Shown here: positions 40,404-49,774 of the stretch, one piece after another | How the letters are laid out: each line of letters begins with the position of its first letter | Numbering within the stretch: position 1 is the stretch's first letter | Assembly: GCA_017608505.1 (NCBI GenBank) | Contig: JAFCFT010000003.1 | Location: 234 to 64,233, forward strand | DNA length: 64,000 bases | Source: Candidatus Parvarchaeota archaeon | GTDB lineage: Archaea > Nanobdellota > Nanobdellia > WJKC01 | Reading direction: 5' to 3' | Notes under the pieces: model-generated | What the model saw: the letters and a program-made list of their open reading frames with translations, nothing else | Database searches by the model: none | Told to the model about the DNA's origin: nothing | Program-made: the position numbers and the translations under genes

Positions 40404-41540
40404 TCTGTAGCGCTTGTACACGTTCTTGCATGGACTGCCGTAACAATAGAAGTACTCACTACTAGTTAGATTAAAGATTAATGAGGCGACAGTTATTACG
40501 CCACTGTCGTGTCCGCAAATGCCTGTCCCTGCATGTCTAAAGTGTGACCTAAGTAGCCCTATTACTCTTCCAATCAAGTCATTGTTTAAAGGATAATTAA
40601 TCAGTGTTTTTGCAATTACATCGACAGTGACGTACCTGTGCATTGAGTCGGTGTAATCCCTTTCAGTCTTAGCATTAGGAATTTTCTTAATTGAATGATT
40701 AGTTGATATAATGTAGTTGTCAGACTCTCTACATTTGCACGCCACTCCATCCTTAGAAGATAGTTTTTCAACAACAATTGCTTTGTCCTTGTTAAAAAGG
40801 AGTAAGTTATAGCCGCTAATGCATGGCGTATTCTCTGCAATCTCCTTTGCTTTATTCAAACTTGATGCCTCGTTAAGTATTTTCTGGACAACCAGTGATG
40901 GTGGCAGGCCAGCATGACTTCTAAGAAAAGACTCCTTTTCATCTTCATCCTTTATTGTGCCATAATCTTTTAAGATTTTTTTGTAGTCTCTTTCAAGACC
41001 ATTTTTAGGTCTTAGCGTGTTGAGAAATACTCCTATGCTCTTCTCATTAACACCTGCTATAGAGCCAATCAGCGGTGTTAGAGTAACTGATAAGGATTTG
41101 TGAAAGCCTGGAGGGTGATTACTCCTTAAGATGGTGTATTGTAGCGCTCTTGACTTAAGGTCTACATTGCCTCCAGCAACCTTCTTGCATAGGACAAATG
41201 AAGTGCATCCTTCTTGATTGCGAACAGATTCAATAAATAATCCATCAAGGATGCCGAGACGCATAAGTGGCTCTTTCTCATCTATGTATGTTCCTTCATA
41301 TTCTTTTTTATCTTTACTATCTAAGTAGTTAAATAGTTCGGTAGCATAGCCTTGAAGCTCGTCCCAAAACGTGTTTCTTTCAAAGAAGTTTATACTTTTA
41401 ATCATTAAATCAGAAACGGCTCCAATTTCGTCTTCTTGTTCTATTAATGGTTTGCCACCAAGTCTATACGTTTTTAACGTATGCAATATGTTCTTATGGT
41501 ATGCTCTTGCTAGATTCCTGCCTAAATCATAAAAAGACAT
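40398..41540 (-). CDS. Ntn-hydrolase, C45 peptidase / acyltransferase family
   Basis: Internal EG|CTSF autoprocessing Cys, GGNVD, AGVNEKSI, STNH, SMHRY. Confidence 0.8.
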   Translation of the reverse strand: MSFYDLGRNLARAYHKNILHTLKTYRLGGKPLIEQEDEIGAVSDLMIKSINFFERNTFWDELQGYATELFNYLDSKDKKEYEGTYIDEKEPLMRLGILDGLFIESVRNQEGCTSFVLCKKVAGGNVDLKSRALQYTILRSNHPPGFHKSLSVTLTPLIGSIAGVNEKSIGVFLNTLRPKNGLERDYKKILKDYGTIKDEDEKESFLRSHAGLPPSLVVQKILNEASSLNKAKEIAENTPCISGYNLLLFNKDKAIVVEKLSSKDGVACKCRESDNYIISTNHSIKKIPNAKTERDYTDSMHRYVTVDVIAKTLINYPLNNDLIGRVIGLLRSHFRHAGTGICGHDSGVITVASLIFNLTSSEYFYCYGSPCKNVYKRYRL

Positions 41541-41654
41541 TAATTTAAAAATAAGTTAGAATATTTATTTAATTTTCTAATGTTTGTTTTTATGATTTTT
41601 CTTTTTTGAAGCCTTAAAAATATTAAAATAGTTGAGGTCGTTATTTTGGGCGCA

Positions 41655-41924
41655 TTACTTTCTTTTAAATAATAATTTCAACTCGCACAGCAACATTTTG
41701 TAATTAAGAGCAAAGTGTATTGCAATTAAAAAGCTCATTAAAAAGCTAGGAAGTGTGTGGACAGATTGAAGTGTGCCTTTGTCAAAGCCAAAAAAGGTCC
41801 AGCCAGTTTCACGAGCTATTCGACTGCTAGGAGCAAAATGCAATCCAAGGCCACTAAAGAACACAATGATAAAGAAAAGCAACAGCAATAATGAAATTGC
41901 GCCTCTTAATTTGACAATATTCAT
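41655..41924 (-). CDS. DUF4405-like small membrane protein
   Basis: Two TM helices, FSGLGL...VHT...AIHFALN. Confidence 0.7.
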   Translation of the reverse strand: MNIVKLRGAISLLLLLFFIIVFFSGLGLHFAPSSRIARETGWTFFGFDKGTLQSVHTLPSFLMSFLIAIHFALNYKMLLCELKLLFKRK

Positions 41925-41956
41925 TTATCAAGAATAAAATGTTTCTTTTTTAAAAA

Positions 41957-42256
41957 CTATTCGTTTAAAGCTTCGTTGATTAAAAACCCAGGCCACTCCC
42001 AGCAATTGAATTTTTTGCACATAAAAGGCTTAATATCATGAATTGTGCATTTATTGTCCTTGCTTAAAAATGGGCATTTTGGAAGTTTTTTCCCATCAGA
42101 GTCAAACCAAGCAAGGAAGTGTCTGCCATTCCATTTAAGAAATTTAATGATATCAAAACGCCCCATTTGGGCGTATTTTTTGACTTCTTCTCTGCTTATA
42201 GTGATAAGACCGCAATAGTATTTGCAGCATCTTCCGCATTGAATGCAAATTTCCAT
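41957..42256 (-). CDS. YkgJ family cysteine-cluster protein
   Basis: CIQCGRCC...CPFL...CTIHDIKPFMCKKF. Start 42256. Confidence 0.85.
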   Translation of the reverse strand: MEICIQCGRCCKYYCGLITISREEVKKYAQMGRFDIIKFLKWNGRHFLAWFDSDGKKLPKCPFLSKDNKCTIHDIKPFMCKKFNCWEWPGFLINEALNE

Positions 42257-42275
42257 ACAAATATTTATAGGATAA

Positions 42276-43009
42276 ATGATAATAATTTTAATGGATTTAA
42301 AAACAGTGCTCGACAGTATTGATGAAGCAGTTCTTTTGACTGACAAGAAAGGGCAGGTGATAGACGCTAATAAAAATGTCAAAAACATATTTGGATTAAG
42401 TAAAAAAGAAATAATTGGAAAAAAATACACAGTGCTTGGAATTAAAAAAAGAGGCGGGATACAAAAGTTTAAAGAGAAGATTGCAAAAATCAAAGTGAAG
42501 AAGATAGTGACGGCTTTTTAATGATAATTAAAGATGTCACAGAAGAAGAACATTTAAAAAATATAGCAAAATTAAATCAGGAGATTATTAAAAAAGCGTC
42601 TTTTAGGATATACATTGTAAATGAAAATGGCATTATCGAGTTTGTCAATAATGCAATAATTAAGATGTCTGGAACGAGTAGAGAGCAGTTTATTGGAATG
42701 AATGTTTTTGAACTTCCTACATATAAAAAGAAGCCGAAAGGAAAAATAGATGAAGAAATTAAAAAACACATTAGAATGCTGGGAAGCGCTTTGTATAGCA
42801 TTAGTCCGGAGATACATGAAGAAGATTGGAATTGTGTTTTAAAATTTGCAAAAGAAAACAGGATTAAAAACTGCCAATTTTGGCTTAGAGGCTGGCCTGA
42901 TGTTCCAAATCCAAAAGTGAAAGCTGAAACAATAATGAAAGCAATGAACTTGGAAGAAAAATACGGAGTAAAAATTTATTTTGACATAAATCCAGAATAT
43001 ATAGTGTGA
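42276..43009 (+). pseudogene. Frameshifted tandem-PAS sensor remnant
   Basis: PAS1 (LDSIDEAVLLTD...IIGK) continues as DGFLMIIKDVTE in the next frame near 42505; PAS2 is cut after IGMNVFEL. Confidence 0.6.
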
Positions 43010-44365
43010 CTATTCAAGCATTCTTTTTTCGTATTTTTTTAAATAATTGATAGATGTGTTTACGTCTGCAAAGAGTTTTTCCACTTCTTCTACATGCTCT
43101 TTTTTAACAGCGCTGTTGCCTGCAACAATGCTTGCAGGAGCAAGGAGATGCACAGCATGCCTTAAGCTGGTCTTGTCGCCAATGCTTGTTAAATAATCCA
43201 AAGCTTCTGGAGAGAGTTCAATGCCTTCAACTTTGCTTCTTATTTTTAATATTTCCTTAATTTCGCTAGCAGAGTAATCTGAAGTATTGATTATTAATAG
43301 GCGGTCTATTAAGTCAAGGGGCATGCCGTGAGGCGCTTTGATGCTTGTGCCTCTGATTTCGCTCATTCCTCTGTTTGTCGCGAAAATTATAATAGGTGCA
43401 AGTTCGCCTTCCATAGCCCTGTTAAGAAAAGCAAAAGATTCTATGTCAAGCATGCTGCATTCGTCTATAAAAAGAACACCAGGAATTATTTCTGCTTTTC
43501 CGCTTTCAACCCAAGATTTAACTGTGCTGTTTATTTCAGACCTTAGTTCGCTGTCAACTTCTTTGCTTGACCCGCCAAATAAAACGCTGAAAAAGTCGCT
43601 CCTTGCAGCGCGCGCATTTAATACATCCATTTGATGAAGAGTTAAAGTGTAAACAAATTCTTTGTTTTTTAAAACAGTTCCAGAAGGCACAGGCAATAAT
43701 TCTTCAGCGCTTAAGTCTAGTTTTTTATCTTTAGCATATTTGCTGGATTTTCCTAATTTTACTACTTTGTTGCCGTCTGCATCGATTTGAATAACATCGC
43801 CTTCGCTTACGCCTTGCTGAAGAAATTGAAGTGCAAAAGCCTGGTCCATGCTTAAGCTCTTGCATTCTTCAGTAGTGCAAAGCTTAACAGTCGCGCTGAC
43901 TGGAATCTGCTGATAAGGATTGTAAGGATGCGCTTCCTTTTCTATGTCAAGCTTTTCAACAACGCCCTCATAGATTTTTCTCATCTCTTTAATTCTTACG
44001 CCAATAGCCTTTCTTAGAGCTTGGGTAAGAAACTCGGTTTTTTTAATCTCAGCGCTGTAAATTTCACTTGCTGTTATCGGAACAAATGGCACGTCTCTGC
44101 CTAATTCTTTTGCCATGCCAAGGGCAACTGCAGTTTTGCCAGTTCCTGGAGGGCCCGCAATAAGCACTGCTCTTCCTGCAAATTTGCCGCTTTTTACAAG
44201 CTCTACAACTATGCCCGCTGCCTCTCTTGCTTTTTCTTGCCCGACTAAGCCGTCTGCTTTCTTTTTGGCTTTAAGACCTTTAAGACCTAATCCTGTGATG
44301 TGAGAATGGGCGCTTACGCGCTCCCAGTCCTTTATAGACTCGGGCAGCTCCTTAATTTCTGCCAT
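43010..44365 (-). CDS. TIP49 / RuvB-like AAA+ ATPase
   Basis: [43 protein letters not shown]. Confidence 0.95.
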   Translation of the reverse strand: MAEIKELPESIKDWERVSAHSHITGLGLKGLKAKKKADGLVGQEKAREAAGIVVELVKSGKFAGRAVLIAGPPGTGKTAVALGMAKELGRDVPFVPITASEIYSAEIKKTEFLTQALRKAIGVRIKEMRKIYEGVVEKLDIEKEAHPYNPYQQIPVSATVKLCTTEECKSLSMDQAFALQFLQQGVSEGDVIQIDADGNKVVKLGKSSKYAKDKKLDLSAEELLPVPSGTVLKNKEFVYTLTLHQMDVLNARAARSDFFSVLFGGSSKEVDSELRSEINSTVKSWVESGKAEIIPGVLFIDECSMLDIESFAFLNRAMEGELAPIIIFATNRGMSEIRGTSIKAPHGMPLDLIDRLLIINTSDYSASEIKEILKIRSKVEGIELSPEALDYLTSIGDKTSLRHAVHLLAPASIVAGNSAVKKEHVEEVEKLFADVNTSINYLKKYEKRMLE

Positions 44366-44420
44366 AGATTTTTAGATGTAAAAAATAACTTTTAAAATTT
44401 ACTGTGCCTTAAGAATAATA

Positions 44421-45113
44421 GTGGATATTGTTTTAGAAGTTAAAAATTTGAATGTGTCTTTTAATAATGAAGCAGTTATTAAGGACTTAAGCTTTGATGT
44501 CAAAAAAAGCGAAGTGCTGGTGATTTTAGGTCCAAACGGCGCAGGAAAAACAACCCTTTTAAGAACACTTTTAGGCATTGTTCCGCATACAGGAGAAATC
44601 ATCTGGCGCACTAAAAACATAAGTTACCTTCCGCCCCAGGAATTTGTGCAAAGAAAAAATATGCCCCCTTTAAGCGTGCTGGAATTTTTTAAAATAAAAA
44701 ATGATTCTTTAAAAAGAATTAAAGAAATAATAAATATGGTCGGGCTTGACAAAAGCATATTAAATAAAGAGTTTTATAATTTATCAACAGGCCAATTTCA
44801 AAGGATGCTTATAGCATGGGCGCTGATTAACAAGCCTGAAGTGTTGCTTCTTGACGAGCCTGCAAGCGGAATAGATATTGGTGGAGAAGAAACAATATAT
44901 TCTTTGTTGCATAAATTTTGGGAAAAATGGGGAATTACAATACTTATGGTAACGCACGATTTAAATATTGTGTGGGAGCATGCCACAAATGTTTTGTGTT
45001 TAAATAAAAGAGGCTTGTGCTACGGGCCTCCTGAAAAAGTGCTTGCGCCAAAAAGATTAAAAGAACTTTATGGCGTTGGAATAAAATTTTACAAACACAA
45101 GGTGAAAAAATGA
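44421..45113 (+). CDS. Metal (Zn/Mn) ABC transporter ATP-binding protein
   Basis: GPNGAGKTT, LSTGQFQR, LLDEP, VTHD. Confidence 0.9.
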   Translation: MDIVLEVKNLNVSFNNEAVIKDLSFDVKKSEVLVILGPNGAGKTTLLRTLLGIVPHTGEIIWRTKNISYLPPQEFVQRKNMPPLSVLEFFKIKNDSLKRIKEIINMVGLDKSILNKEFYNLSTGQFQRMLIAWALINKPEVLLLDEPASGIDIGGEETIYSLLHKFWEKWGITILMVTHDLNIVWEHATNVLCLNKRGLCYGPPEKVLAPKRLKELYGVGIKFYKHKVKK

Positions 45114-45871
45114 TTGAATTAATGTATGCTTTAATAATAGGAGGATTTACAGGATGGCTTGCAGGATACATGGGCTCATTAATGCTTACTAAAAGAATGG
45201 CCCTTGCAGGAGGGGCGCTGGGCCACTTGACTCTTCCAGGGATTACATTGGCATTGATTTACGGATTTGATGTCACTTTAGGCGCCTTAGCATTCTTAAT
45301 ACTTGGAATAACATTAATATGGTTTTTTGAAAAGAAAACAAAGCAACCAATGGAGGCCTTAACTGCAGTTGTTTTTGCTTCCTCAGTTGCAGTGGCATTT
45401 CTTTTTCTTAAACAAGAGCAGGTTGTTCCAGCCCTTATTGGCGACGTATCAAAACTAACAATAGATGTTGTGATTGCAACTGCATTTGCGTCAATTGCAA
45501 TTTTTTTAATTGTTAAAAGATACCTTCTTAAGATGACATTAATAAACATTTCAAGAGACCTTGCAATAAGCGAAGGCATAAATGTAGACAAATACAATCT
45601 CTTGTATCTTGCTTGCGTTGCAGTAACAGTCGCGATAGGCGTAAGAATTGTAGGAGGGCTTATGACAGCAGCGATAGTTGCAATACCTGCAGTAGCAAGC
45701 AGAATAGTAAGTAGAACATTAAAAAGCTATGTTTACACATCAGCATTTTTTGGAGCTCTTGCCTGCGTTGCAGGCATACTGATGAACTATGCAACAGGCC
45801 TTCCTGCAGGCCCCATGATAATAATTTCAAACGCTGTGATCTTTTTTATTGCAGCATTAAAACCATCCTAA
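45110..45871 (+). CDS. Metal ABC transporter permease (ABC-3 / ZnuB-like)
   Basis: Multi-TM, ALGHLTLPG, GVRIVGGLM, LPAGPMII. Confidence 0.88.
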   Translation: MIELMYALIIGGFTGWLAGYMGSLMLTKRMALAGGALGHLTLPGITLALIYGFDVTLGALAFLILGITLIWFFEKKTKQPMEALTAVVFASSVAVAFLFLKQEQVVPALIGDVSKLTIDVVIATAFASIAIFLIVKRYLLKMTLINISRDLAISEGINVDKYNLLYLACVAVTVAIGVRIVGGLMTAAIVAIPAVASRIVSRTLKSYVYTSAFFGALACVAGILMNYATGLPAGPMIIISNAVIFFIAALKPS

Positions 45872-47182
45872 GAGCATGCCAAGGCCAAGGAAAGTTATTA
45901 TAAGCCCTGCAGTTAAATGAAGATGCTTGACATTCTTGTCTTTCCATTTTTTAACATCTTTGGCTTTTGAAAGGCCAAAATAAACTGCAAAAGTTATTCC
46001 CACCATAGGGCTTATGAATAACATATTGTATATTATTAAGTAAGGAATTGAACTTAAAAGCTCAAAAGCGCTTAAAAGTCCGCTAGTAATGACATAAGGC
46101 CCTATAGTGCATGGAAGCAAGAACACAGTTATGAATAATCCAATTATAAATGCTCCTTTTGGGGATGTAACTTTGTTTATTAATTTTTTTGCAAAAGGCC
46201 TTAAACGCATAGGCATTTCAGTTGCAAAGCCTCCAGGTTTGTAATAAAAATAATCCTTTATTTGGAAAAAGCCAAGAATTAAAGCAACAAAGCCAAGCGC
46301 TTTATAAAGAAAAAGTCTAATGCTTGTCAATGCCTGCACTAATTGAAAAAATCTAATTAAAACTAAGCCATAAAAAAAATACATGATAAAAACAGCAAGT
46401 GAAAAATTAAATCCTGCTAAAAGAACATTTCTTTTCTTTTTGGGGTTGTATGTCACGATTGAAATAAGCACAAGAGCCAGCACTGCCAAAGCGCAAGGAT
46501 TTACTGCATCAACAAGAGCCAATGTAATTATCTTAAACAAAGTCAAGTCGCTTGCTTGGTAGTTTCCTGAACCTGCAATTTGAACTTTAACTGCGTTTTC
46601 GAATGAAATCGAACCTCCAGAAATAGGGAGGTCTTCAGGTTCTGCAAGCGAATATTCATCTCCAATTTCAGATAAAAGCTCGGGAGGAACTATTTTGTAA
46701 AATGATTCGTTGCCGTTCCATTCAAGCGTCCATAAATCATTTTCTTTAAACAAAACGCCGTTTTTAAACCAGATTTTAGGCTTTCCAGGAAGCGAACTTA
46801 TGTTAAGTTCTAAAAGACTTTGCGACCCATTTAAAAGCAGAAATTCGTTGTCAGAATTAGCATCCATATATGTTTCAATGCTTTGTATTATTGGCAGGTC
46901 GCCTATAAGATAACTTGTGTTCGAAAAGATTACAAGAGGTATTCCGCATCGCGCAAGGCCGAGCAGGTCGCAGTATTTGCTAAGCAAAGGCGCATTAATG
47001 TTTTCTTGATAAATTTCGTATTCAATAACAGTAAGATTTGGGTATTTATTAAACAAGTTGAAAACAATAGGGTCTGTTTTAGCGCAGTGAGGGCATCCAA
47101 TGCCTGTAAAATAGACAATAGACTGCGCGCATGCTGCGTTAAATATGCTAAATGCTAAAAACAAAAATAATGATTTTTTCAA
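45857..47182 (-). CDS. Thioredoxin-like (CPHC) domain fused to CcdA/DsbD-like TM domain
   Basis: Signal peptide, GCPHC, DAVNPCA, LPCTIGPY. Confidence 0.85.
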   Translation of the reverse strand: MKKSLFLFLAFSIFNAACAQSIVYFTGIGCPHCAKTDPIVFNLFNKYPNLTVIEYEIYQENINAPLLSKYCDLLGLARCGIPLVIFSNTSYLIGDLPIIQSIETYMDANSDNEFLLLNGSQSLLELNISSLPGKPKIWFKNGVLFKENDLWTLEWNGNESFYKIVPPELLSEIGDEYSLAEPEDLPISGGSISFENAVKVQIAGSGNYQASDLTLFKIITLALVDAVNPCALAVLALVLISIVTYNPKKKRNVLLAGFNFSLAVFIMYFFYGLVLIRFFQLVQALTSIRLFLYKALGFVALILGFFQIKDYFYYKPGGFATEMPMRLRPFAKKLINKVTSPKGAFIIGLFITVFLLPCTIGPYVITSGLLSAFELLSSIPYLIIYNMLFISPMVGITFAVYFGLSKAKDVKKWKDKNVKHLHLTAGLIITFLGLGMLLGWF

Positions 47183-47188
47183 GGCAAC

Positions 47189-47467
47189 TCACTCCTTTAA
47201 AATTTTAATTGCTTTGCCATTAATTATTGCGTCAGCAATTTTTTTTCTTGCATTGCTTAAAATCCTGTTAAATGTTGGTTGGGAAATTTTCATTTTTTCT
47301 GCAGCTTCGTCCTGCTTTAAGCCAAGCAGATCGCACAATCTTAATGCTTCAACTTCATCCATTCTTAATTCAACCTCTTCAAGGGCTCTTATAGGTATGC
47401 CTGCAGGTTTGTAATATGTCACGCTTGGATTAAATAAAATTCTTCTGCATCTTAAAGGTCTAGGCAT
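47189..47467 (-). CDS. DUF134 (UPF0251) HTH protein
   Basis: MPRPLRCRRI, DEVEALRLCD, MKISQPTFNRILSNARKKIADA. Confidence 0.92.
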   Translation of the reverse strand: MPRPLRCRRILFNPSVTYYKPAGIPIRALEEVELRMDEVEALRLCDLLGLKQDEAAEKMKISQPTFNRILSNARKKIADAIINGKAIKILKE

Positions 47468-47513
47468 GGGATAAAAAAAGAAATAAAAATTTAAAAAGGT
47501 TTTGAATAAAAAT

Positions 47514-47723
47514 TCATTTTTCTTCTTTTTCGCTTTTAAGTTCTTTTAATCTTTTTTCTATTTCTTGTTTGTATGCTTCAAGCATGCGTATTTCCTCTTC
47601 TTTGCTCAACATCAAATATGGGCGGAATCTAAACCATCTTCTAAATCCCATGCCGCACGGACCTCTGCCCCACCCAGTTCCAGGACCTAGACCAAGAGGG
47701 CCTGTACCATCTCCGAAAGGCAT
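47514..47723 (-). CDS. DUF5320 family protein
   Basis: MPFGDGTGPLGLGPGTGWGRGPC plus coiled coil; SD AGGAGGTGAT upstream. Confidence 0.88.
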   Translation of the reverse strand: MPFGDGTGPLGLGPGTGWGRGPCGMGFRRWFRFRPYLMLSKEEEIRMLEAYKQEIEKRLKELKSEKEEK

Positions 47724-47737
47724 ATTATCACCTCCTT

Positions 47738-47791
47738 TTATGAATTATTATTCATAATTCCTTTATAAATGTTTTGAATTATAATTCATAA
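47738..47791. promoter_or_regulatory. Two 20-bp palindromic operators flanking a TATA box
   Basis: TTATGAAT-tatt-ATTCATAA (47738-47757) and TTTTGAAT-tata-ATTCATAA (47772-47791); TTTATAAA at 47762-47769. Confidence 0.75.
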
Positions 47792-47828
47792 GTAACTTTA
47801 AAAATAAACAAGATTTCCTTCAAAAAGC

Positions 47829-48293
47829 ATGATGATCTTTTGCGGGCATATAGGAGTTGCGCTAATAATAGCAGGGCTCCTAAAATTAGACCCTATAATA
47901 ACATTGATTGGGGCAGTGATTCCAGACCTTGATGCTTTAATGTTTTTAACAGGAAAACACTGGTATAAATTTCACAGAAAACTAACGCACTCGCTGTTAT
48001 TTCTGCTTGCGCCATTACCATTTGCAGGGGTTCCAAACATAATGATCCCTTTGTTTTTTGGAATATTGTCTCACTTGATAGTTGATTTCATATGGTATCC
48101 TGGATTAAGAATATTTTATCCGTTCAGCAACAAAAAATATTATATATTTGACTCTATATACTCAAAAGGGTTTAAAGAAGACACCCCAATAATAGCAATA
48201 AGAAATTGGTTTCACAGGCCAAAATGGTTTTTTGGAGAACTTACAATTTTAATTATCGGCGCAATAGTGTTTAGTTTGTTTTTCCAAAAGTAA
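47829..48293 (+). CDS. Membrane-bound metal-dependent hydrolase (YdjM-like)
   Basis: GH, IPDLD, HRKLTHS, SHLIVD, FYPFS. Confidence 0.85.
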   Translation: MMIFCGHIGVALIIAGLLKLDPIITLIGAVIPDLDALMFLTGKHWYKFHRKLTHSLLFLLAPLPFAGVPNIMIPLFFGILSHLIVDFIWYPGLRIFYPFSNKKYYIFDSIYSKGFKEDTPIIAIRNWFHRPKWFFGELTILIIGAIVFSLFFQK

Positions 48294-48924
48294 TTTTTAA
48301 CACTTCTAAGAAATTTTTCCAAATGCTTGTGAATTCGCTTCTGCGCATAACTCCAATTACATTTTGATATGTCCATTTGACACCAGTTTTTGCAACAGAT
48401 ATTGCCTTATCGCGTGCAAAAAAGAATAATAGGCCTGCAAACAAGCAAGCAAAAACTCCTGGAAGTGGCGCTTTGATGCGGTCCCATATAGTGACTTTAG
48501 GTTCTAAATGATTAAGTAAGTTCTTTCCATAAAGAACTTTTCCTTGGTTTTTTATGTCCCTCCATATAATACCTTTTGGAATCATTAATTTTGAAAGCAC
48601 GCCATGTTTGCAAAAGTTAAATTTCTTTTTGCGCCACTCATTTAAGCTAAATAAAAAAATGTTTCTTTTGTATCCAACGTTGTCCAAAAATTGAGAGAAT
48701 TTTTTTTCAATAAAATTGTGAGAAGACTCTACGAGTGAATCTTCTACTTCTTCCATTAATCTTATGATTTCTTTTGTCTTGTTTTTAACAACAACTATTA
48801 AATCAATGTCGCTGTCAGGCTGCCAGTCTCCCCTGCTTACGCTTCCAAAAACAATCATTGAAACTAAGTCGTTGCGCAGTAATGAAATTATTTCATCCTT
48901 CAAAGCTTTTAATTTCTCGTTCAT
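48271..48924 (-). CDS. Nucleotidyltransferase (MNT / Pol beta-like) domain protein
   Basis: FGSVSRGD...SDIDLIVV. Start MNEKL at 48924. Confidence 0.85.
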   Translation of the reverse strand: MNEKLKALKDEIISLLRNDLVSMIVFGSVSRGDWQPDSDIDLIVVVKNKTKEIIRLMEEVEDSLVESSHNFIEKKFSQFLDNVGYKRNIFLFSLNEWRKKKFNFCKHGVLSKLMIPKGIIWRDIKNQGKVLYGKNLLNHLEPKVTIWDRIKAPLPGVFACLFAGLLFFFARDKAISVAKTGVKWTYQNVIGVMRRSEFTSIWKNFLEVLKITFGKTN

Positions 48925-49021
48925 CAATATAAAAATGACTGCTTGCGTTTTTAAATTTTTACGCTTAAATATCACTTTTAATACAGAAAAAGCTTTAATA
49001 AGAATTATAATAAAAGTCTGT

Positions 49022-49774
49022 ATGATAAAAGCAAAAGCAATACTTGATTTTCTTGACACAATCATGAATTACGAAGAGGAATCCTTTTGGGATAATAGCG
49101 GTCTGCAACTGGGAAATTCAAACAATGGAGTTGGAAGATTAGGCGTGTGCTTTCACGCAGACAATTACACAATTAAAAAAGCAGTCAAATCAGAAGTAAA
49201 CATGCTTGTTACACATCACCCTTTGTTTCTTCCAAAAATAAGGCCTTTAGATAAAATAACGCAAAGCGATTATGAAAATATAAGGCTCCTTGTAAACAAT
49301 GATATTGTAGTAGCAAGCTACCACACGTGTTGGGACTGCGCAAATGGCGGCATAAGAGATACGTACTCAAAACTTCTTGGAATCAAAGAAATTTTCAAGA
49401 AATGCGGTTTAGTTATTGGGGACATAACGCCAGTTGACTTTAATGAGTTGCTCATGCAGATAAAAGAAAAATTTAAAGTCAAAAATGTGAGGCCCTATGG
49501 CATAAAAGAAGGAATAATTAAAAGAATAGGATTTGCAAATGGTTCAGGATTTAATCATGAAAACATAGAGACATGCATTGATTATGGAGTGCAGGCTTTT
49601 ATAAGCGGAGACGCAAAAGATGCAGTAATCAGGCAAGCAATCGATTCAGGAATTTTATGCATTGATGCAGGACACTATGGAACAGAGCATTTAGGCGTAA
49701 AAGAGCTTGCAAGGCAAATCAAGAAAAAATTCAAAAATCTTGAAGTGATATACATCGACTCAGAAGAGGTATGA
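49022..49774 (+). CDS. Nif3-like dinuclear metal-center protein
   Basis: WDNSGLQLG, VTHHPLF, YHTCWD, DAGHYGTE. Start 49022. Confidence 0.92.
   Translation: MIKAKAILDFLDTIMNYEEESFWDNSGLQLGNSNNGVGRLGVCFHADNYTIKKAVKSEVNMLVTHHPLFLPKIRPLDKITQSDYENIRLLVNNDIVVASYHTCWDCANGGIRDTYSKLLGIKEIFKKCGLVIGDITPVDFNELLMQIKEKFKVKNVRPYGIKEGIIKRIGFANGSGFNHENIETCIDYGVQAFISGDAKDAVIRQAIDSGILCIDAGHYGTEHLGVKELARQIKKKFKNLEVIYIDSEEV

Larger units (their letters stand above)
39751..41684. mobile_element. ~1.9-kb integrase-less island bounded by a 38-bp exact direct repeat
   Basis: TGGGCGCATTACTTTCTTTTAAATAATAATTTCAACTC at 39751-39788 and 41647-41684. Confidence 0.75.

Noticed and set aside
43010..44365. TIP49 as a eukaryote-signature novelty
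   Set aside because: TIP49 homologs are already known from many archaeal lineages.
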